Shown here piece by piece: positions 26,132-37,384 of a stretch of 64,000 nt of DNA. Positions within the stretch are counted from its first letter, which is position 1. Each line of letters begins with the position of its first letter. The DNA comes from Blasia pusilla (Eukaryota). Under the pieces are notes generated by a model, which worked only from the letters and a program-made list of their open reading frames with translations, searched no databases and was not told the DNA's origin. The position numbers were made by a program, and so were the translations under genes. The stretch is taken from contig CM114271.1 in the NCBI GenBank assembly GCA_050084515.1, positions 15,872,001 to 15,936,000 on the forward strand. The letters run 5' to 3'.

Positions 26132-29100
26132 TGTCGTGCGCATACACATTGCTACACAACATACATGGCTATCACTGAAGAGGCGCATAAACACGCACGA
26201 TCCTATGCTAACTCATGGCATCCAAACAACGAGACAAGAACTACCAAAATATCTCTAATAAAACAAGATCCAATCTCTCTCACAACACCATAGTTCTCAC
26301 ATGTGTGCACTCTCACATGCCTCTCTCAATGTCAAACCAAACCCTATCTCCTAATGAGAGGCTTGGGTTACACACTAGAGGCAAGTAAGACCATAGCTCC
26401 GCTGCCTCATGCCAAGAAGTTCAACAAAGAGAGAATGAGCTCTCAAGCTCTCTCTGTCCTCCACTACTCACAAAGGCGCTCTACTAGATCTCACCGATCT
26501 ATCATAAAAGATGTGACAGTTTTTGTGCGCATACACATCGCTACACAACATACATCGCTTGTTACCAAACACACACACAAACACACACGATCCCATGCTT
26601 ACTCATGGCATCCAAACAACGAGACAAGAAGTACCAAAATATTTCCAATGGCCCCCCTAGCTAGTGGTTAGGTCCCTCTAACTCTAGATAGCCATCTATC
26701 CCTACCTATCATGACATACATCTCTCGGACGCTAAGAGCAAGAAGGCCGGGTGCTTATGTGGCCCCATCGTTAGTCGCATTCTTATCATCCATGTCATAG
26801 ACACAAGTCGGAATCTAGAACTACCTACTCTATGTACATCTGGGGCACATCCACCGTCCTTCAAGAATTATAGTGAGAGGTGGCGTCAAACATGCCATAT
26901 GCCATCCTCTCGAACACCCATCACAGATTAGCATAGTGGTTGCACAACGGGCCGAACCACACAACATACACCGCAAGCCTGCAGGAACTTTTGCTAAGCT
27001 TTGTTCAATTGTATCGTCAATGTTCGAAAGATGACATGGCGCACAGTTACGCATGTGGTCCTTCCAAACCATACCATCGCGTCCCTCCAATAAGAGAACT
27101 CCAGATGGCAAAACCTCACGCACTCTGAAGATGGTGCGCCCTACTGTCACATCCAACATCGTGGGTGCCGTCTGCTGCAAGTAGACATAGTCTCCTTGAT
27201 GAAAACTCCCGATAGTATGTCGATAATCACCTCCCCAAATAGTCGCATACCTCAACGTATCCTCATGTTGCGCAATCGCCAAATTCTCAAACGCCATGGG
27301 CATCACTCTCGGAAATAACTCAGCCCTCTTAGAACATGCTTGCATCCATACATAAGGGTCATCAAGGTTCAACACCTCACCAGTATCTTGACGAATGGCC
27401 GTTGGTAAATCAAGTTCTCGGCCATAAAGCAACAAGTACGGTGAGAAAGACGCTAAGGATGGTTGCCTGCTGAATCAGTATCCCATCGCCAACCATGGCA
27501 ACTGAAGGTCCCAATCTCCTAGGTGACCTCTCTGCAAGCCATACTTGCGTAGTCCTCTCTTCATCGTCCGTACAACCCCCCCGCTAGTCCATCCACCTCA
27601 GGATGATCTCGCGAAGTAGTGCGGTGGTTGATCAGTGCCTGATCACACAAGGCCTAAAACTCCCCGCGAAACTCTATACCCTGGTTTGTCAACATCTTAG
27701 CTGTTGCATTGTAATGACTCAACACTCGATCTAGGAAGGCATACGCAACTCCCTCACTCGCTTTGTCAAGCAATGCAACCAACTCTATCCACTTCGAGAA
27801 GTGCTTGAACATCACCAACACATAACGACTATGGCGCTCCGTCAAAGGCAAAGGTCCTGCAAAATCCAAACTCCATCTATAACCTAAACCCATGATCGGA
27901 AGTGGATGCAAGTGTGGAGTTGGAGCATTGAATGATGCTCGAACTTGATCACATACCATGCATCTGGTAAGAAACTGCTGAACGTGAGTCTGCATGCCTC
28001 GCCACCAATACTGAATTTGGAGCAAGCTGTACGTCCGCTTCACTCCAAAATGATCCAACTCCTCAAGGGCATGACGCACCAAACATGCTCTCTACGAAGG
28101 ATGAGGCACTACATGCACTCTACCATCCTCCCACACTCGCAACATATGTGTGCCCTCCCATAGAAACCGTGTGGCTCGTTGTAGGATCCAATCCCGCTCT
28201 CTAGAACCCACTGTGCTCGTGACGCTGCCAATACGCAGGTACTCCATGACCACTCCATCGTTGTGAATGTCTTGGCCACCTATCGTCTCCTCACTCGCCT
28301 TTGGATCTAAGAACTCCATCACACCTCGCCATCGAAGTCTCAAGAATCTGGCTCTCTAGCCAACAAGCCCAAATAGGCTGACGCATGCCATCCTGGAACC
28401 AACTCCTCATCACTCTCACCATGCCAATGAACTTAAGTTGCATCTCGGTGACTCGGGCATGGGTTATAGCTCAAACCATATGTATCTTGGTTTAGCGTCC
28501 CAGGTCTATGCACCATCTGGAAGTCATACTCCTGCAACAAAAGAGCCCACCTCGCAAGCTTCCCTCTAAGCTTGTCGGACTCCATCAACCACTTAAGTGG
28601 CTGATGATCAGTAATGATGGTAAAGGGATTGTCGAATAGATAACATCTGAAATATACGACAGCCCATATTGCAACCAAGCACTCACCCTGATACGAGCTA
28701 TACTTTTCCTCTGCAGCGTTGTTCAAGCGACTAGCATAAGCCACCACGAACTCTCTACCAACATGCTCCAATCGGTATGCAACTCAAAAGGATGACCCCT
28801 GATCGGTCTCCTCAATATGGGCGCAGACATCAATCTGTCCTTGAGCATCTGAAATGCTCTCTCTTGCTCATCCCCCCAGTGCCACTCCTGATCTACCTTG
28901 GTCATCAAGGTTAGCGGCTTCGCAATCCAATTGAAACCCTTGACGTACCGTCGATAGACGTTCGCCAATCCCATGAATGCACGAACTCGACTCACATCTG
29001 TAGGGCGTGGAATGCATGAAATAACCTCTACCTTTGTCTGTTGCACACCAAGGTGTATCGTATGATCGAAGTACTCAATCTGGTCATAGAAGAACTTGCA

Positions 29101-32100
29101 CTTGTTTGGATGTAGCTTCAGCCCATGTAACTACAATAGTCGAAACACCTCCTCTAGATGTCGCTCATGCTCCTCAACCGTGGCGCTAAATACTACGATG
29201 TCATCAATATAACACCTGGCAAAATCTAGACCTATCAAGATCCTATCCATGACCCTCTGAAACTCATCCGGGGCGTTCTTTAACCTGAATGGTAAGAACC
29301 GCCACTGGTACAAACAATCCTTCACGTGAGGATCAATGCCCAAAAATGTTGTCTTCTGCTTGTCCTCCTATCTAATAGGCAGCTGATGGTATTTGGCTTG
29401 CAAATCCAATGAACTGAAGACCTTTGCATGCCCAATCGCATCAAAGATCTCCTCAAGGGTGGGCATGGCATACCTTTTTGGCCTTTGTCTGCCGATTGAT
29501 CGGTTGGTATTCTCCACACATTTGCCTATCCGTCTAGTTGCCATCCACATCCTTCTTGGCGGGAATGATAGTGGCAGATGCATACTCTCCATGCAACATC
29601 TCCACTGGCTTGCTCCAACCAAGTTATGGCTCCTACTCTGAATCAGAGCCCTCTCCATGTCGCAGTATATGTAGGGTCGTCTGAAGATTGGCGTGTCACT
29701 CGACAACTCAATGCGGATCGCTTGACCCTTCATTGTACCCAAATCATGCATACTAAATGCAAAACAACTCCTATAACACCCAAGGAAATGGTGTATCCGA
29801 CGTCGCTCTCCTCCTGTCAACTTAGGGCCCATATCTGGCTCCCAAGTCTCCATCGTGACTATGATAGGACTCACCATAGCAACCGCAGACATTCGCGTCT
29901 GTGGTTGCTATGGTGCAATCCCGTCTCGGAAAATAGAACTCCCATCTCCACCTGTAGTACTCGGAACCATGCTCAATGTTGTGGCTATCAACTCTTGGCA
30001 TACCTGAAAAACATCCCAAGAAGTCCAAGGGTGTCACTCCCGATCATCCCTGGTGTGTCGATCTCCTCGGGTCTCGCCCCCAGCCATTTCCTCAACCGTC
30101 TTGGTAGGCATGGGGCTCACCAACGCAACAACTATGATCTGTCATCCTCAAACAACGCTGCTCAGCTAATCCTAAGCTGAAAATCCATGTCAAGTAGTTC
30201 AAGTCCATTGCCTGACCCAAGACATGGCATCATGATGCATCCGATAGTGACAGTACTGCCGTCACTCCTGTGGAGAATCCCATTTCTCGCTCTCGCTCAT
30301 CGACGTTGGGCTCTATCAACCGTTGTAGCTGGTCATCCTAAACCAATCCAGGTCTCGCCTCCTTGAATGCATGGGAAGCGGGAAAACTCACCAATGTGGG
30401 AAAGGCGGCTCGTGGCATGCCAATCCTGTTGACAATAGTCAACGGCGGTCGATCATCGTGCCTCACTGCCTAAGATCCACAGCCCGAATCCAATATAGAA
30501 TCCACCAACAAATCAGAGGGACGCTCCACTCTCGCATAAGCCCTTTGCAATACCTTATGTGGTACCAAGTTGGTCACCAAAGATACGGGCGATGTGGTCG
30601 TGAACCCACACTCGCTGCATCTAACAACATTGTCGTGCCGATCCATGCCTGCACCTGATGTGCACTTGTCACCACGAGGGACCTTGAATAGCCCAAAATT
30701 ACTGCTGCACGCGCACTCTAGCGTGCAAAACAACAGCTAACCAGTGTTGATCTCTCCAAAGAGATCTAACACCCGAATACCCTTCTCTGGGATGCACCAC
30801 ACAATCAGGGTGGTGTCTAAAGGGATCATAGCAGCACTCTTGCCTACTTGGGGTTCTTCTGACCCGTCACACTCTAGTGCAAATGTCTCACTCCACGTGG
30901 TCTGCACATGCTCAGTGGCTAAGCGTCGAAGCTCCTCAGACCATCCCCAAAGCGGCACCTCTCCTCCACGAACTGATGCGGCTACCATGACACTCCTCTC
31001 CATAGAAATGTCAAGAACAAGAGGATCCTCTCCATGGATATGTCCCTCAATCAAATCACTAGGCCAAGTGATGGCACTCCTAAATGTTGCTAAGGTCGCC
31101 ATCTCTTCTTGCTGTCGCTCGATCACTGCACCTGTGAATCGCTAAGGCGTCCATCACGTGACTGCCATCCTGGTCTGTAGGACGCTGACTCCTCCCAGTA
31201 ATCGAAGGAAAACCCCATCGGGTATAATAGTGCTCCACCAACCAAGACGTCGTAGGACTCTACATCAGTCATTATCGCCTTGGCTCACACCACGGACTCA
31301 TCTATGGGATGTCTCGAGCGAATCCTCACCACGACCTCCTGTTGGGTGATATATTGTGTGGTACTTGCTCCACCCAAGGATGTCTACATCCGGAATGGAC
31401 AACGCTCCAAATCAGCTCTTGTCAAGCCCAATCCTCTAAATGACGCTTTCCCCAACATCAAGGGTTGCGCTCTTGAATCCAACAAGACGCGCTGCGGACT
31501 AAAAGCTCTACCTCTAGGACTCACCAATTGGAAGACCTCTTCCTGGTTATCCACCAACACAATACTAGGAGAAACCATAGCACGCTCTATCGCGGGTCTA
31601 GCGGGCATCTCCGCTTTCCTAGCAGCCGCAGCCTACCGTGAATCTGACATGGACGGCCCGAGCATCCGCTCCAAGGGCAGGTCCGTCACCTCTGAACGTG
31701 ATGCAGGAACTCCAACTCCACGTCACATAGTGTAGCGGCTTGCCGAAAAACCTGGGCGGGCGTACCTCTCAACTTCATAACATCAGAAGCAGAAAATAAA
31801 GCAGCGCGGTACACAACGGTGGCCGCCCCCAACAACATGCTCAACACATGCCCCTCGTGAGCATCAGCAATAGGATTCGTTGCACTCGCTTCTCCCATCA
31901 CCTTCCATGCTTGCACACCAACAACATCACCAACTCTCTAGGAACTTTGATCAGGACCCATCGATGGGGTCCTCATCGCCTCAGACAACATGAAAGAGTG
32001 AGGAAGCCTAATCTGTTTCCTAGCTTGCCCTCGCTATGGATCCCACTCTACGGCTGCTCCACGCGTCACAACTACGGCGGCCTCCATTTGGGCAATCCCG

Positions 32101-35100
32101 CACATCCAACCGGGATCCTCCATGTCTCTGGCTGCTCCATATGATGTCAATGCCACACATCCGGCATCGAATAACCTCAATGCCATAGCGGCAATATGCT
32201 CCTGTAGATGATGTATGTGAGCAACCATCCCAGCCTCATGCCTGGGGTCTCCCTCGACGCGTCTAAGTGGTGGGACTCTACCTCCTCCACGGGTAGCTCC
32301 ATCACCCTGTCGGACAACTCCAGCTCCTCGTCCCCCAACGTGACCACTTGGTGCACGACCTCTAGCCCCACCCGGACCGGCTACTCGCTTTGGTGCCCTC
32401 TCTGGCCCTCGGTCCAGACGTAACTCAAGATGTAAACTGAAACACCTAGCGCGTGTATGACAATACCTCTGACAATAGTCACATTGATAACCTCTTGGTG
32501 CAGCACCATCTCCTCCTCCATGCTGAGGCATACGTCCATGACCCTGACGAGTGCAATTGTGTTGATGATGGGCTCCACCACATGACCAACAAGTAATAGA
32601 AGGCGGATTCTGCTGAGCCGCATATGAAGGCGCACGTCTCTATGGCACGGCCTCCCGGTATCCTCCCTGAGCTCGTGGTGCCACAGTCAACCTATCTCAG
32701 AGTCCATGTTGCTGCACAGGTGATGCAGAAAATCGTGACTGCTCTTGCCCAAAACCCATGGTGGCTACGCTCTCCTCCGCCATGTTGTGCTCAATATTCT
32801 TGGCAGTCCTAAAAACATCTCTCAAAGTAGGGGAGGTGTTCATAAGAAGCACTCCCTCCCGCACCCGTGTCTGCAGGGTCCGGTCCAACATTGCGTACCA
32901 TGACTGGATAGCCTAAGCCTCCGTCACCCCCTGAGTGACGTTGATCAACCGGTGTGAGCAAGTGTAAGCCTCACACAAACTCTCATCCGGGTGCCTCTGG
33001 AATTTGTGGATGCTCCGTAACTTCTCCGTCCGTACCCCTTGGTAGCTCGCCCTCAACTCAGCAAAGAACTCAACCACGGGGTTGAACTTGGGACAAACCC
33101 GACTAGATGGTGCAACTGCTCTAGTGCGAGTGACTCCTTCTAAAACATCACTAGTGCAAGAGGAAGTAGCCTCTCTTGACTCCTCCTCCTCATCTGGGAA
33201 CGGCTCTGTCCATGACACACAGTGTGGGTCATAGTAGAGTCGCCATGCCTCAATCTCCTGGGCATATATGTGGGAGAACTCATGTTAATCGTCCATGGGC
33301 GTCCCCTCTAAATGCTGGAACATACCGTTCCATGTTGTAAACGGGTTGAACTCTCTAGAGTTCCTAGCCCGCTGTGAGTCACACCAACTCCTAAACTCCG
33401 CAATAAAGTCGTGTAGCTCTACGCGGTCCTCTATCCCGGTCGTCCATCTCGTATGCCCAACTGGTAGGACCACTCAATATGTACGGTAGATCACTAACAC
33501 ACTCCTCTACACACTCACTCTCGTCTGAAGAGGACACAGAAGAAGATCGTGGTGGTCTCTCACATGGACACCCTCGAAACCTCGCACCACTCCGGGTAAA
33601 CCCTCCAGATCTACTCTCACGTCCATTACCTCGCCTCTCAAAATCGAGAAAGGACGCCGTGATGGCCCTGGTGCCCCTCTCACACAATCACTCTCTATCT
33701 AGTGAGTAATCCCTCAATTGCTCAAACTAAATATGCGACACTCAATCTACACTCTCTCATTGAGACGTGTGTTGTGCGGCAACAAGCAGCGTGGTACGGC
33801 ATATCAACCGATCTATGGTCTCAATGACAAACCATCCTCAACCCTGGACATCCCACACAGGTCTATGTCCCCTAAACCCATACATCATCGATAATACTAG
33901 CATCAGCACGAAACCCAATATCCCAAATAACTTCCCAATATGTGGAAATCCCTCACACGTGCAGGATAAGAGACCAGAATGGATAACCTGACAATAATGT
34001 CGATATCGCTCCTTGGCAACTGCAAATCTCGACCCCAACTTGGTTGTGAAGACAACTCCTCCAATCAGCAAGTCGTACTCCTCTTCTACTGACGCGGCTC
34101 AAACCTCCTCGATATGCGGTGCAGGTCCAACGGTCCGGTGCGGCACGGAACGGCTACAAACGGCACGGCACTCAGCGGCATACCCGCCTCAATCAGCAAT
34201 TCACATGCTCTGCACCTTAGTGAAGGAGCGGCTCTGCAATTGAGATGGTGCGGTGCGGCCATATGCGGCACGGCGCGGCAATCAGAGGTGCGCTGCAGTT
34301 ACGGGCATCACGGCACGGTACTTGATCATCGTCGAGCGGCTACCAATCCCAACATAGCAACATGAAATGAAAACTCAAACACCATAACCCAAGGTCACCT
34401 TCCATCACAGGTAGATGACAAAACTACGATGACGGTGGCGGCCAAACTAAAGTACATGGTGGTAGCCCAAGTCAGAAAATCAACGGTGGTCGTGGAAGAC
34501 CCTCCACTCCGTAATGGCTGCAATAGCAACCAAAGGGTGGACAACGGCCGAATGCGACTCTGAGCAGCACCAGACGATGGCAACGGCCGACAGTGGACCG
34601 GTGATGGTCACAATTGATCGTTGATGGTGTCGACGAACCGTTGATGGTGACGGTTCACCATTGACGGTGACGATTGACCGTTGACCGTTGATGGCGCGGC
34701 GGATGGTTTAGGGTTTGAACAAGTTAACCCTAAAAATTGCCTATGAATGAAAATTTTGCAAGATTCACCATAATTTTTTTCCCAACTCCAAATTGCGCAC
34801 CGTTTGTTGCACAATCTGCAGAGCTTCTCGATCTACGAGAGTGTCAAAAAATATTTGGAATCGGACATTCTTGTAAGACTTGAATGGGATTATCGTAAAG
34901 CCAAATGTCTCTTTCTCCTACACATAATTCGGTAGCGCTTCCGCCCTGATTTCTCCCAACAAAAATGTAAAACATATAAGAACACAAATCAGCAGCTACA
35001 TAGTGCTCCTGAGAGCACCGGCATGGGGCAACCTGCCCCCATACTCAATCCCTATCAGAAATTGGGCAACGCTTCCGCACGCCACTCTTCCACACGAAAA

Positions 35101-35771
35101 ATCGGCAAAGGAAACATCACAAGTAAGCGGCTCTTGCTCCGGTGAGCACTCCCATGAACCGCTGAAGGGGGAATACGATCCCCAACCTGCAAAACTAGCA
35201 ACTGACGAGCGAGCTTCCTCATGAAGCTGTCCCACTCAATCATTCTCTCTTTGTAAAATAAGATCCAATCTCTCTCACAACACCATAGTTCTCACATGAG
35301 TGCACTCTCACATGTCTCTCTCAATTTCAAACCAATCCCACTCTCCTAATGAGAGGCTTGGGTTACACACACAAGGCAAGCAAGACCATAGCTCCGCCCC
35401 CTTATGCCAAGAGGTTCAACAAAGAGAGAATGAGCTCTCAAGCTCTCTCTCCTTGAGGTATACCCCTTCCCTCTGCCAAGTTCTCTCCATGGTAACCTAT
35501 GCTTCCAAGTCACCTCCTTGGCTCTTGACCTGATGTAGGAGGTCAAGGGCCACTTACCAAAAATAGAAAGGTGATCATTGACTTAAAATGGTACTTACTT
35601 AAAATAGCAAGTTCCTCAATATGGCTCCAAATGAGCCGAAACGAAGGGGAAACGTGCTCTCTCAGGTTTCCCAGGGCCTCAGCACGTCATCCTCAAACTA
35701 TTGAGCCTGTCTTCCACTACTCACGAACGCACTCTACTAGATCTTACCAATCTACTCTAAAAGACATGACA
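26132..35771 (-). mobile_element. DNMT-Gypsy retroelement copy 2, near full length (~9.6 kb)
   Basis: Minus-strand ends TGTCATG ... GCGCACGACA; possible 4-bp TSD ACTG/ATTG (one mismatch); complete gag-pol domain series inside. Confidence 0.9.
26830..33700 (-). pseudogene. gag-pol pseudogene: gag-CCHC, aspartic protease, DNMT, RT, RNase H, integrase, PHD finger
   Basis: CDYCQRYCHTRARC knuckle (~32440-32490); VLLDSRAQP protease (~31480); VLDLFGEINTG and DNMT motifs IX-X (30180-30780); RT FSSLDLQAKYHQ and YIDDIVVF; RNase H FELHTD...VVAYASR...ITDHQPL; integrase HFG...CMVC, SLDFAGPLP; C4HC3 PHD. RT-RH-INT order is Ty3/Gypsy. Confidence 0.93.
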
Positions 35772-35964
35772 ATTGTCACTATCAACGGTCAACTATCATC
35801 GTGAACGGTCCACCGTCCACCATGGGCCGCTTTCGTCGCCTAGCGTTGGTCAGAGCCGCGTTCGGCCGTTGTCCACCCTTTGGTTGCCATTGACGCCATT
35901 ACGGAGTGGAGGTTCTTCCACGACCACTGTTGATTCTCTGACTTCCGCCACCACGTACTTTGGT
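35772..35964 (+). mobile_element. DNMT-Gypsy copy 1, remainder of 5' leader
   Basis: Matches 62655-62790; resumes the sequence interrupted at 26131. Confidence 0.85.
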
Positions 35965-36635
35965 CTCAATTAGGGTAATGCACAACGATTGTAACTAGGA
36001 CTTGAGTAACCCTTCACCTTTGTTGTTTCCAACACTGCTTGTTTGAAAGCATCTTGTTGTACTATGTTGAATGGTATTCCACATTGGTAGAAACACTTTG
36101 CCCATATGTCACTCGTAACTTCTATTCCTTGGATGTTGAAAGAATCTCTCAGATTGGCTTGCTTCTTCCCATAACTACTACTCCCTCGAAGGGGCCCAAC
36201 AACTCCTCTCCATTCCTCAAGACTGTCACTCGATGGTATGTCTGCAACCCCATCAACATTTTGTACAACATAAACACTATTTCATATTTTTTGCGAACCT
36301 ATTTGTAATGGAGTCGTCTCTTCCACTTCACTCGAAGGTCTCGCTTGCCTTCTTTGTCCATTTCCCACTAATACCCTCTTCCAAAGATCCCGTTGCACAT
36401 TGGGAGGGACCTTCACACATAATTTGGCATGATGGATATCTTGATTCCCATCCTTTGTCTTTCGTCTCTCTCGTGTAAAATGCTCCACCATCCGCGTGCT
36501 ATGATAGGTTTTCATAGAATTAGAACAATACTTGCACTGCCATCTGCTTAATTTTCCACCTTCCATCATTGCTTCTTCCCAATGTTCCTTCACGACTTGT
36601 TGGAGTTCTTTGGCTTTGGTCATGACTACAGGCAC
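35965..36635 (-). pseudogene. hAT transposase N-terminus with BED zinc finger
   Basis: EHWE...RWQCKYC...HSTRMVEHF...HAKLC, then ...KGYSSPSYNR.(L)CITLIE at the breakpoint. Confidence 0.85.
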
Positions 36636-37384
36636 TCACTAACCCCACCCAACAATATATGGATAATTCGCAATAATTTACTATCTCAATATTAGTATAT
36701 ATCGATCAGTAAAATATATGCAAATTACACCAAATATTTTCCGTGAATGCTCCAAAAACAACACTTGGAACACTCACTATGAACAAGAAAAATCAATACG
36801 CTAACCTAGATAACCGAGATACCTTAACTCATCAGGGTTATCTAGTGGCAAAACATATTCTCACTTATCAAGTTCAACTATCTATGGAGAAAAAAAATCT
36901 TCAGAGAGAGAGAGACAGAGAGATATATATATATATATATATATATGAAGGGAGGAATTAGATTGTGAGGGTATACAAAAAATGAGCAAGTTTATATAGG
37001 AGAGGATGGAAGAAAGAGAATGAACCCATCTAACTCCCCAAATCATCTACCCCCATTTATAATTGAGTACTAAACGATCTCCATTAATTTTCATTAAAAA
37101 AAAACTTACTTTTATTCTCCTATTAGATTCCTTCATGACCTATCCTAATTTCTTGACCAAGTCTAAATTTCTAACAGACCTATTTTGCAATACAACCACC
37201 CTATTCAAATCTATTTTAATATTTTCATTCCTTTTTCCACCATTAGGATCACAAATTCTTCAATTACTCTCATTTCTAACTAACCTATCTTCTTCTACAA
37301 CAACCCTATTCCAACCTCTCAAACCGTCAATCACCCAAACCATAATACTGACAGAATTTATTTAATATCCCCCTAAAATCACAG

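Noticed and set aside
26132-35771. Classification as a DIRS/Ngaro tyrosine-recombinase element
   Set aside because: No YR motifs seen; it encodes a protease and an HHCC/DDE-type integrase, and its methyltransferase is C5-type, not the DAM-like MT of DIRS.
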